DNA of 64,000 nt. Origin: Thermoanaerobaculia bacterium. Its GTDB lineage: Bacteria > Acidobacteriota > Thermoanaerobaculia > Multivoradales > JBJKRB01. The stretch lies in the NCBI GenBank assembly GCA_046704885.1, contig JBJKRB010000158.1, forward strand, positions 46,400-110,399, written 5' to 3'. Below the pieces are notes generated by a model. It ran no database searches and was not told where the DNA came from. It saw only the letters and a program-made list of their open reading frames with translations. The position numbers and the translations under genes are program-made. Shown one piece after another: positions 56,674 through 64,000 of this stretch. The number at the start of each line of letters is the position of its first letter. Positions within the stretch are counted from its first letter, which is position 1.

Positions 56674-58383
56674 ATGCTCGAGCTCAGCACCCAAGTCGAG
56701 GGCCAACCGCGAACCTTCCCGCTCAGCGGTGAACGTTTGGCGCTCGGGCGAGGCAACGACAACGACATCGTCCTCTCTGACTACTCCGTCTCCCGTCACC
56801 ACGCGCTCTTTCGGCTCGATGGTGAAACCTGGCTCGTCGAAGATCTGGGTAGCACTAACGGCATCGAGCACAACGGACGCCCGATCGCACGGGCGGCGCT
56901 CGCGGTTGGCGATGAGCTGAAGATCGGCATCTTTAAGCTCAAGGTCGAGGAGGCGGACGAAACCGTCGGCCTCGGAGCGAAACACGCGGAACCGACGCCG
57001 GCCCCGGGACCAAGCCCTGGAGGAACGGAGCCCCTCCTCGGGACCGCCACCATCGTGCGTTCGCTGGCGGATTTCTCAGCCGACTACGGCCTCGGCGGGG
57101 TGGTGAGCGAGGCCCGGGTGGAGAAGGTCAAGGCCGTCGACCAGGAGTACGGCACGAAGGTCTTCGGCCTCTTGACCCGCCTGCCTCGTCTTCTCACCCA
57201 AGCCGATAGCGTCGATGAGATTCTCGACCGGGTGATGAGCATTGCCTTTGAGGCGCTTCCGGTCGAACGCGGCCTCATCCTGCTCAAGCCCGAGGGCGAC
57301 GTCGAGCCGGTCTGCGAGCTCTTGAGGACGCGCGAGCGAGTCGAGACCCGGCCTCAAGGCGAGCTGCCGATTTCGCAGACGATGATCGAAACGGTGATGC
57401 GCGATCGCGTGGCGCTCCTCACTTACGACGCGCAGGCCGACCAGAGGTTGACCGGAGGCGAGTCCATTCGTATTCATCAGATTCGCGCCGCCATGTGCGC
57501 GCCCTTATGGTCCGGCGATCGCATCATCGGCGTCATGCAGGTGGACTCCCCATTCAAGGTCGGCGTGTTCGGCGAGCAGGACCTGGACCTGTTTACCGCT
57601 CTCGCGAACTTCGCGGCCGTCGCCGTCGAGCGCATCCGCTATGCGCAGAGCGCGGAGTACGAGCGGCAGATACGCAGCCGGTTGGAGCGCTATCACTCGC
57701 CAGCGGTCATCGAGGCGGTGATGCACCGCGATCAGGAAGCCGAAGAAGAGGGACTGCGCCGGTTGCGCCAGGGGGAAGCCACCGTGATGTTCGCCGATCT
57801 CGTCGGCTTCACGGCCTTTTCCGAGCTGGCGTCGCTCGACGAGGTGGCCGAGCTGCTACGCATCTTCTTCAGCCATTCGGCGGCGGTGATCTTCGAGCGC
57901 GGAGGAACCTTGGACAAGTTCATCGGCGACTGCGTCATGGCGTTTTTCGGCGCCCCCATGCCGCAGCCGGACCACGCAGAGCGGGCGGTGCGAGCGGCGC
58001 TCGATATCCAGCGCGCGTTGGCGCGCTGGAACACGGAGCGGGAGAGCGAATCCCTGCCGCCGTTGTCGATCAGGATCAGCCTGAACAGCGGCCCGGTGGT
58101 GGTGGGAGACATTGGCAGCGATCGGCGCGTCGACTATACGGTGCTCGGCAACACGGTCAACGTGGCGGCGCGCCTCGAGCAGGCGGTCGCCAAGCCTGGC
58201 GACATCGTGATCGGGGCTGAGACCCACCGCTTGCTTGCCGATGCGCTACCCACCGAGGCTCTTGGAGAGTTCCGACTCAAGGGATTGAAACAGCAGGTAG
58301 GAGCCTTCCGGGTCATCGACCCCCAGGATGGGGACAAAGGGAAAGCCAAGGGCCAGACACGGAGAAAGGGTCAGGTCTCTTGA
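56674..58383 (+). CDS. FHA-domain / GAF-domain / class III adenylate(guanylate) cyclase
   Basis: 569 aa. N-terminal FHA (GRGNDNDIVLSDYSVSRHHALF ... TNGIEHNG). Central GAF. C-terminal cyclase homology domain (VMFADLVGFT ... FIGDCVMAFFGAP, metal Asp and transition-state residues present). Confidence 0.85.
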   Translation: MLELSTQVEGQPRTFPLSGERLALGRGNDNDIVLSDYSVSRHHALFRLDGETWLVEDLGSTNGIEHNGRPIARAALAVGDELKIGIFKLKVEEADETVGLGAKHAEPTPAPGPSPGGTEPLLGTATIVRSLADFSADYGLGGVVSEARVEKVKAVDQEYGTKVFGLLTRLPRLLTQADSVDEILDRVMSIAFEALPVERGLILLKPEGDVEPVCELLRTRERVETRPQGELPISQTMIETVMRDRVALLTYDAQADQRLTGGESIRIHQIRAAMCAPLWSGDRIIGVMQVDSPFKVGVFGEQDLDLFTALANFAAVAVERIRYAQSAEYERQIRSRLERYHSPAVIEAVMHRDQEAEEEGLRRLRQGEATVMFADLVGFTAFSELASLDEVAELLRIFFSHSAAVIFERGGTLDKFIGDCVMAFFGAPMPQPDHAERAVRAALDIQRALARWNTERESESLPPLSIRISLNSGPVVVGDIGSDRRVDYTVLGNTVNVAARLEQAVAKPGDIVIGAETHRLLADALPTEALGEFRLKGLKQQVGAFRVIDPQDGDKGKAKGQTRRKGQVS

Positions 58384-58934
58384 GCCGGATCCCCGTGTAA
58401 GCGGCGCAGCAGCTCGCGCCAGGCGCGGCCGCGATGGCCGAGGCGATCCTTCTCCGCTCCGCCGAGCTCTCCAAACGTGCGGGCCGATCCCTCTGGCTGG
58501 AAGACGGGATCCCAGCCGAAACCACCCTCGCCGCGAGGCGGCAGCACCAAGGTGCCGGAGCAAACGCCTTCGGCCAAGACCGCGTCCTCTTGGTCGCGAT
58601 AGAGGAGAAGGCAGCGGGCCGTTACGCGCGCATCGCCCAACGAAAGAGCGGTGTTCGCCAGTCCCTCGGCCCCGACTGCGGCCAGCATCCACTTGACGAG
58701 GGGGCCGGGGAAACTGTTCAACGCGGCCAGCTCGAGCCCGGTCTCCTCGACGATCAAGGGCCTTCCGACCCGTCGCCAGGCCTCTTCCGCCTTGGCCCGG
58801 ACCACCTCTTCGAGATCGAGGGATTGAATCTCCGGAAGATCGATGGCGACCGAGTCGAGGTCTCCGGCGAAGATGCGACGGGCTTCGGCCAGCTTGCCCG
58901 GATTGGCGGTGACCAGCACCGGCGCGACCGTCAT
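58371..58934 (-). CDS. rdgB: dITP/XTP pyrophosphatase (non-canonical purine NTP pyrophosphatase, Ham1/RdgB family)
   Basis: 187 aa. LVTANPGKLAE N-terminus, FGWDPVF motif. 13-nt convergent overlap with the cyclase gene. Confidence 0.85.
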   Translation of the reverse strand: MTVAPVLVTANPGKLAEARRIFAGDLDSVAIDLPEIQSLDLEEVVRAKAEEAWRRVGRPLIVEETGLELAALNSFPGPLVKWMLAAVGAEGLANTALSLGDARVTARCLLLYRDQEDAVLAEGVCSGTLVLPPRGEGGFGWDPVFQPEGSARTFGELGGAEKDRLGHRGRAWRELLRRLHGDPAQET

Positions 58935-59554
58935 CCATCTCCCCGGCGTGAGCCGGCTCTCTCCAAGATCACCGCGATCAGCTCGTCGCTTGCGATCCGC
59001 AAATCATCCAGAGTGCCGACGTTGTCGATGACGAGCGCCGCGCCTTCCCGGCGCGCGGTCCCGTTCCCCTGCGCCGCCAGCCGGGCCAGCGCTTCTTTCC
59101 GTCCGAGTCCACGAGCGACGGCCCGCTCTAGGCAGGCGCTTCGAGGCGCTTCCACGGAGACGATGAGGTCGAAGTCCGGGGCGTAGCCAGCCTCGACCAG
59201 GAGGGTCGCCTCGAGCACCACGACCGGCGCGGTGCTGGCGCGCGCGAGTTCGCGGAAGCGATCGCGCACGAGAGGATGGACGAGCGCTTCGAGACGGCGC
59301 CGGGCCTTGGGGTCCGAGAAGACGCGGGTGGCGAGCCGCTCGTGGTCGACGCTTCCGTCTTCTTCGATGAACTTGGGACCGAACATCGCACCTACGGCCC
59401 GAGCTCCCGCTCCTCCCGGCCGGTAGAGCTCGGCGACGAGACGGTCGGCGTCGACGACCTCGAATCCAGCCGCCTCGAGCTGCCGCGACACGGTGCTCTT
59501 GCCGGACGCCAGGGGTCCGGTGAGGCCGACGAGATAAGGGATTTTAGAGGACAT
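58931..59554 (-). CDS. coaE: dephospho-CoA kinase
   Basis: Start set to internal ATG 59554 (MSSKIPYLVGLTGPLASGKST Walker A). The track N-terminal extension is R/S-rich junk. Confidence 0.85.
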   Translation of the reverse strand: MSSKIPYLVGLTGPLASGKSTVSRQLEAAGFEVVDADRLVAELYRPGGAGARAVGAMFGPKFIEEDGSVDHERLATRVFSDPKARRRLEALVHPLVRDRFRELARASTAPVVVLEATLLVEAGYAPDFDLIVSVEAPRSACLERAVARGLGRKEALARLAAQGNGTARREGAALVIDNVGTLDDLRIASDELIAVILERAGSRRGDG

Positions 59555-59600
59555 CGAGGGTTCTCGAGAGGCGTCGACGGGTCGTCGAGCCGGACCCTCG

Positions 59601-60521
59601 CTAGAGGCCCTGTCGGCGGCGCGAGGCGCGCAGGGTGTTGACCATGAGCATGGCCACGGTGAGCGGACCGACGCCCCCGGGCACCGGAGTGATGAAGCTC
59701 GCGCGCGGAGCGACGCGGACAAAGTCGACATCGCCGGTGAGAACGGAGCCTTTGCGCCCGAGCTGCTCGCGCCGCTTCTCGTCTCCCGGGAACAGCCGTT
59801 CGACTTCCGCCGGATCGGACACCCGGTTCATCCCCACGTCCACCACCACGGTACCAGGAGTGACGTGATTCTCGCTGATGATTCCGGCGCGACCGACGGC
59901 CGCGACAAGAAGGTCGGCGCCGCGGCACACCGAGTCGAGGTCTTTCGTCCGTGAGTGGCAGACGGTGACCGTGGCGTTTTCGCGAAGCAGGAGCGCCGCC
60001 ATCGGCTTGCCCACGATCTTGCTGCGACCGACGATGACGGCGTGCTTTCCGGCCAGGGGGATGTCGTAGCGATGAAGGAGCTCGATGATTCCGGAGGGAG
60101 TCGCGGGGACGAATCCCTCCTGGTCGAGCCACAGGCGGCCTACGTTCATTGGGTGGAAACCGTCGGCATCCTTGGTTGAATCGATCCGTTCCAGGATCTC
60201 CCGTTCGGGGAGGCCGCGGGGCAGAGGCAGCTGGACGAGGTATCCATCCACCGCGTCGTCGCGATTGAGGCGATCGACGGTGGCGAAGAGCTCGTCGGCG
60301 CTCACGCTTTCGGGGAAGCGAATGGTCTGACTGACGATCCCGACTTCCTCGGAGGCTCGCATCTTGGCCCCCACGTAGATCTGGGATGCTGGGTCTTCGC
60401 CGACCAGAACGGCGACGAGACCGGGAGGGCGTCCGCCGGCTTTGAGCAGGGCCGAAACTTGCGTGGCCACCTCACGGCGGAGCTCGGCCGCCGTCGCCTT
60501 GCCGTCGAGGATCGTGGTCAT
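59601..60521 (-). CDS. folD: bifunctional methylenetetrahydrofolate dehydrogenase/methenyl-THF cyclohydrolase
   Basis: Start set to ATG 60521 (MTTILDGK; ATGA overlap with the ubiE stop). YVGAKMRASEE, DGYLVQLPLP, GRSKIVGKPMA, PVPGGVGPLTVAML. Confidence 0.95.
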   Translation of the reverse strand: MTTILDGKATAAELRREVATQVSALLKAGGRPPGLVAVLVGEDPASQIYVGAKMRASEEVGIVSQTIRFPESVSADELFATVDRLNRDDAVDGYLVQLPLPRGLPEREILERIDSTKDADGFHPMNVGRLWLDQEGFVPATPSGIIELLHRYDIPLAGKHAVIVGRSKIVGKPMAALLLRENATVTVCHSRTKDLDSVCRGADLLVAAVGRAGIISENHVTPGTVVVDVGMNRVSDPAEVERLFPGDEKRREQLGRKGSVLTGDVDFVRVAPRASFITPVPGGVGPLTVAMLMVNTLRASRRRQGL

Positions 60522-61345
60522 GAGCGATCCCCCGGTACGTTTCCCGTGTAGAGACAGACAATGCCGGCGGAGAGATCGCGCCACTGCGCCTCGGTGTAGC
60601 CAGCCGCGTTCATCTCCGCGACGAACGCGGCGCGCTGGGGAAAGGAGAGAACGGAGTCCCGCAGGTACCCATAGGCTGATCCTCGCGGAGACAACCAGCG
60701 GGCGATTGCCGGTAGGAGGTGCTTGAAGTAGACCAGATAGAGACCGCGTAGCGGTTGGCGAGCCGGTGTTGCGAACTCGAGGAAGGCCACCCTCCCTCCC
60801 GGCTTCAGGATACGGGCGATCTCGATCAGGGCGGTAGAGAGATTGGAAACGTTGCGCAAGCCGAAGGCCACGGTGGCACCGTCGAACGACTGCTCCCGGA
60901 AGGGTAGGCAAAGGGTATCGCCAGCCGCCCCCAAGGGGGCCGTCTTGCCCTTCCGCCGATACTTCCGAGAGGCCATGGCCAGCATGGGAAGGCAGAAATC
61001 CGTCCCCGTCACCCGCAGACCCTGGCCTTGGAGCGCCAAGGCTTGGTCTCCGGTGCCGCAGCACAGATCGAGCACTGTGCTGCCGGACGCGAGCCCGAGA
61101 TCCTTCGCGGCACGCCTGCGCCATACCCGGTCGAGCGAGGCCGAGAGCAGATGATTGAGGAGGTCATAGCGCGGTGCGACACCCGCGAACATGTCGCGGA
61201 TTGTCTTGCCCCTCTTGTCCAGCTCTTCGATTCGTGCGACGCTCTCCACAGGCGGTAGTCTATCGGACCCGAGAGCAGCGTGGCCGCCCGGTCCCCGGCC
61301 GGCAAGCACGTATCGACCATCGCATGAGAGGAGCACGAATGGCAC
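60518..61345 (-). CDS. ubiE: demethylmenaquinone / ubiquinone-menaquinone C-methyltransferase
   Basis: YDLLNHLLS (YDxMN), SAM motif VLDLCCGTGD, C-terminal blocks. The true start is probably internal (e.g. GTG 61249), because ATG 61345 overlaps the divergent hydrolase start. Confidence 0.8.
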   Translation of the reverse strand: MPFVLLSCDGRYVLAGRGPGGHAALGSDRLPPVESVARIEELDKRGKTIRDMFAGVAPRYDLLNHLLSASLDRVWRRRAAKDLGLASGSTVLDLCCGTGDQALALQGQGLRVTGTDFCLPMLAMASRKYRRKGKTAPLGAAGDTLCLPFREQSFDGATVAFGLRNVSNLSTALIEIARILKPGGRVAFLEFATPARQPLRGLYLVYFKHLLPAIARWLSPRGSAYGYLRDSVLSFPQRAAFVAEMNAAGYTEAQWRDLSAGIVCLYTGNVPGDRS

Positions 61346-62082
61346 GGATGGAGAGAAGAGCCCGGTACGGTCAGTGGTCGCGCTCGCTGTGTTGCGCGGC
61401 CGCAGTGTTGGCGATCGCCTTGCCGCAAACGTTGCAGGCTGCGTCCTCCGCCGCGAGCTCCGCGAAGCCTGGTTTTTCGCCCGTGACGTTCAAGACGGGA
61501 GACGGCGGCACGATCGACGGCTCCTTCTTCAAGGCCAAGGGGCCTCTTGCCGTTGTGTTCGCCCATGGCGCCGTCTTCAACAAGGAAAGCTGGTATCCGT
61601 TGGCGAGTCGTCTCGCCAAGGCGGGTATCGCGGCGCTCCCCTTCGACTTTCGTGGCTACGGCGCGAGCCGGGCAGGTCGCGACGGCAGGAACGCGCGCTA
61701 CCAGGACGTCCTCGGCGCTATCCGCTTTCTCGAGAGCCGCGGGTTCAAGCAGATCGCTCTGGTCGGAGGGAGCATGGGGGGCGCGGCGGTCCTGGTGGCG
61801 CTTGCTCATAGTGAAGATGCCGCGATCGTCAAGGCCCTCTTGCTCGCTCCTGCGGGGGGACCACCGGTCAAGCAGGGGACGATCGAGAAGCTGTTCGTGG
61901 TCTCCAAGGGCGACCGCTTGCACCCTCGGGTCGCCAAGATCTACGAAGAGTCGGCCCTGCCCAAGAGCATGGTGGTCCTTCCTGGCTCGGCGCACGCCCA
62001 GAACATCTTCGCCACCGCCGAAGGGCCTCGGTTAACCGACCTCATCCTTCGTTTCCTGTCGGCGGCGGCTCCCGGGCACTGA
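61339..62082 (+). CDS. secreted alpha/beta-hydrolase fold protein (dienelactone hydrolase-like)
   Basis: Start set to ATG 61339 (GAGAGGAG RBS). Signal peptide MARMERRARYGQWSRSLCCAAAVLAIALPQTLQA. Nucleophile elbow GGSMGG. Confidence 0.65.
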   Translation: MARMERRARYGQWSRSLCCAAAVLAIALPQTLQAASSAASSAKPGFSPVTFKTGDGGTIDGSFFKAKGPLAVVFAHGAVFNKESWYPLASRLAKAGIAALPFDFRGYGASRAGRDGRNARYQDVLGAIRFLESRGFKQIALVGGSMGGAAVLVALAHSEDAAIVKALLLAPAGGPPVKQGTIEKLFVVSKGDRLHPRVAKIYEESALPKSMVVLPGSAHAQNIFATAEGPRLTDLILRFLSAAAPGH

Positions 62083-62118
62083 GCTCGGCGCGGGTCTGGA
62101 CGGGACCGCCGTCAGGTC

Positions 62119-62147
62119 TTGACACAAGAGGCTTCGGCGCCTAAGAT
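62119..62147 (+). promoter_or_regulatory. sigma70-type promoter TTGACA-17nt-TAAGAT upstream of rplM-rpsI, followed by ~100-nt structured leader
   Basis: Seen in sequence. Leader contains the CTTTGC...GCAAAG hairpin. Confidence 0.5.
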
Positions 62148-62253
62148 CATAGGCCCTTTGCTTGGCGAAGGCCGGGCAAAGTATGCCGAGCGTCAGTTTT
62201 AGCACCTTGAAGCTCTCGGTTCGACAATTTGAGCTTGAGTGAAGGAAGGCGAG

Positions 62254-62688
62254 ATGAGGACCTATAGTCCGAAGAGTTCGGATATTGACCATCAGTGGTA
62301 TGTGGTGGACGCAGACGGGCAGACCCTGGGGCGCTTGTCGACCGAGATCGCGCGCCTGCTTATGGGCAAGCACAAGCCCACCTACGCGCCGCATATGGAC
62401 AGCGGTGATTTCGTGATCGTGGTCAACGCCGAGAAGGCGGTCCTGACCGGGAAGAAGGAGCAGGACAAGATCTACTACCGACAGAGTGGCCGTCCAGGTG
62501 GCCTGAAGAGCCAGCGGGCTGCAGAGATACGCGCCCGTCATCCGGAGCGCCTGGTTGAGTACGCGGTCAAGGGAATGCTCCCCAAGAACAAGCTTGGGCG
62601 CCAGCAATTTCGCAAGCTCAAGGTCTATGCCGGCGGCGAGCACCCGCATCAGGCACAGCAACCGATGCCGTATCCGCTTGGCGCGTGA
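62254..62688 (+). CDS. rplM: 50S ribosomal protein L13
   Basis: Start set to ATG 62254 (GAAGGAAGG RBS). 144 aa matching L13 throughout. Confidence 0.95.
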   Translation: MRTYSPKSSDIDHQWYVVDADGQTLGRLSTEIARLLMGKHKPTYAPHMDSGDFVIVVNAEKAVLTGKKEQDKIYYRQSGRPGGLKSQRAAEIRARHPERLVEYAVKGMLPKNKLGRQQFRKLKVYAGGEHPHQAQQPMPYPLGA

Positions 62689-62713
62689 TCCGGGTCGACC
62701 AGAGGAGAGCTCA

Positions 62714-63106
62714 GTGAGCGACGTTCAATACTACGGAACCGGCCGACGCAAGACAGCGACCGCCAGGGTCTTCCTGCGACCGGGATCGGGAGTGGTGGAA
62801 GTCAATGGCCGAACGCTCGACGATTACTTCCCGAGCGAGGTCTTGAAGATGATCATCAAACAGCCGCTGCTCTTGACCGAGACCGCCGAGAAGTTCGACA
62901 TCGTGGCGACGGTCATTGGCGGTGGTATGTCGGGACAAGCGGGGGCCATTCGCCACGGCTTGACCCGGGCACTGGTGCAATACAACGCCGAGCTGCGTGA
63001 ACGCTTGAAGAGCGCGGGCTTGCTGACGCGTGATCCGCGCAAGAAGGAACGCAAGAAGTACGGTCAGAAGGGCGCGCGAGCGCGCTTCCAATTCAGCAAG
63101 CGCTAA
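62714..63106 (+). CDS. rpsI: 30S ribosomal protein S9
   Basis: GTG 62714 with AGAGGAGAG RBS. 130 aa. [10 protein letters not shown] start, C-terminal [18 protein letters not shown]. Confidence 0.95.
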   Translation: MSDVQYYGTGRRKTATARVFLRPGSGVVEVNGRTLDDYFPSEVLKMIIKQPLLLTETAEKFDIVATVIGGGMSGQAGAIRHGLTRALVQYNAELRERLKSAGLLTRDPRKKERKKYGQKGARARFQFSKR

Positions 63107-63116
63107 GGAGAGTTTC

Positions 63117-63917
63117 TTGGTCGAAATCACCATGAAGGACCTGCTTGAGGCTGGCGTCCATTTCGGGCATCAGACTCGCCGCTGGAATCCGAAGATGAAG
63201 CGCTACATTTTCGGTAAGCGCAATGGCATCTACATCATCGACCTGCAGAGAACCCTCAAGCTTTTCCGTCAAGCGGCTGACTTCGTTGGCCAGCTCGGCC
63301 GCGAGGGCAGGCGTATCCTCTTCGTCGGCACCAAGCGGCAGGCGCGCGAGGTCATCGCCGAGGAGGCCCAGCGGAGCGGCCAGTTTCACATGACCAACCG
63401 ATGGTTGGGAGGGACGCTGACCAACTTCGTGACCATCCGCGCCTCGATCGAGCGCCTACGGGACCTCGAGGAGCGGCTCGCCGAAGAGGACAGCCCACTG
63501 ACCAAGAAGGAGCGTCTTCGCATCGATCGCGAGCGCTTGAAGATCGACCGCAACCTGGCCGGTATTCGCGACATGGAAGAGCTTCCCGACGCGCTGTTCG
63601 TCGTGGACCCGAAGAAAGAGGAGATTGCCGTCGCGGAAGCCAACAAGCTCGGGATCCCGGTGATCGCGATCGTCGATACCAATTGCGACCCGGAGCTGAT
63701 CGACTACATCATTCCGGGCAACGACGACGCGATTCGCACGATCCGGCTGTTCGCCTCAAAGGTCGCCGACTCTTATCTCGCGGGTGCGGCCGAGCTTCAG
63801 CGTGCCGTGGCGGCGGCGAAAAAGGAGGAAGCGGCAGAAGCGGCACAAGCGGAGGCTGCAGCGGTCACCTCGGAAGAGGTCGACGCTCCCTCCGAGAGCA
63901 CGGCGCCGGCGCAGTAG
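63117..63917 (+). CDS. rpsB: 30S ribosomal protein S2
   Basis: TTG 63117 six nt after AAGGAGAG (ATG 63132 would leave a 21-nt spacer). [19 protein letters not shown] signature. Acidic Ala/Glu-rich C-terminal tail. Confidence 0.93.
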   Translation: MVEITMKDLLEAGVHFGHQTRRWNPKMKRYIFGKRNGIYIIDLQRTLKLFRQAADFVGQLGREGRRILFVGTKRQAREVIAEEAQRSGQFHMTNRWLGGTLTNFVTIRASIERLRDLEERLAEEDSPLTKKERLRIDRERLKIDRNLAGIRDMEELPDALFVVDPKKEEIAVAEANKLGIPVIAIVDTNCDPELIDYIIPGNDDAIRTIRLFASKVADSYLAGAAELQRAVAAAKKEEAAEAAQAEAAAVTSEEVDAPSESTAPAQ

Positions 63918-64000
63918 CCGTAGGAGCCGCGCAACCCTTTACCCTCAGTCGAAGGGCGACCCCGGCGCCCAGTTCTCTAGCTACCGGGTGGGGAAGAGGT

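Noticed and set aside
59555-61124. Track ORFs giving folD 507 aa and coaE 266 aa
   Set aside because: Both carry long low-complexity N-terminal extensions. Internal ATGs (60521, 59554) coincide with the conserved N-termini. 60521 also forms an ATGA overlap with the upstream stop.
61174-61345. Apparent head-to-head overlap of ubiE (minus, ATG 61345) and the hydrolase gene (plus, ATG 61339)
   Set aside because: More likely a start-site artefact. ubiE probably initiates at an internal GTG (about 61249), matching the length of characterised UbiE/MenG N-termini.

Overview
The window is 64 kb of high-GC (~68%) bacterial chromosome, almost entirely coding, with about 60 genes and many 4-nt start/stop overlaps. 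I saw no rRNA, CRISPR array, transposase or integrase. The six-frame track shows M for GTG/TTG starts (checked at several ORFs), so I re-derived starts from the sequence where possible.

Housekeeping content:
- tig-clpP-clpX-lon-engB-rho
- class II (B12-dependent) ribonucleotide reductase next to moaA
- moaC
- ksgA, ftsK, fmt, rsmB, hup
- a serC-like class V aminotransferase followed by serA and ddl
- rlpA, purB
- arcA-arcC-arcB arginine deiminase operon
- rdgB, coaE, folD, ubiE/menG
- rplM-rpsI-rpsB
- tRNA-Lys(CTT) and tRNA-Leu(TAG)

Less ordinary content:
- A tightly coupled six-gene minus-strand operon (1-5216) with three enoyl-CoA hydratases, an aldehyde dehydrogenase, a thiolase and a PuuD-like hydrolase. 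Its substrate is unknown.
- An envelope-glycan cluster (19267-23830): a GT-C-like polytopic membrane protein, clear DprE1 and DprE2 homologs and a small secreted protein. An O-antigen-ligase/TPR fusion lies nearby.
- The lysine 6-aminotransferase / piperideine-6-carboxylate dehydrogenase pair (lat, pcd), split by the ligase gene.
- A complete Bat-like operon (moxR-DUF58-DUF4381-batA-batB-batC-batD) with a GAF-GGDEF gene downstream and an anti-SD/SD hairpin in the moxR leader.
- A near-consensus sigma70 promoter with a 9-bp inverted-repeat operator, driving an unknown 243-aa protein plus a ThiS/MoaD-like protein that has an 8-residue extension after the Gly-Gly.
- A 10-bp perfect inverted repeat upstream of arcA.
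- An FHA-GAF-adenylate cyclase.
- A conspicuous AT-rich palindromic island between two convergent genes.

I cannot assign a lineage from sequence alone. Signal peptides, the O-antigen ligase and the Bat operon suggest a diderm.
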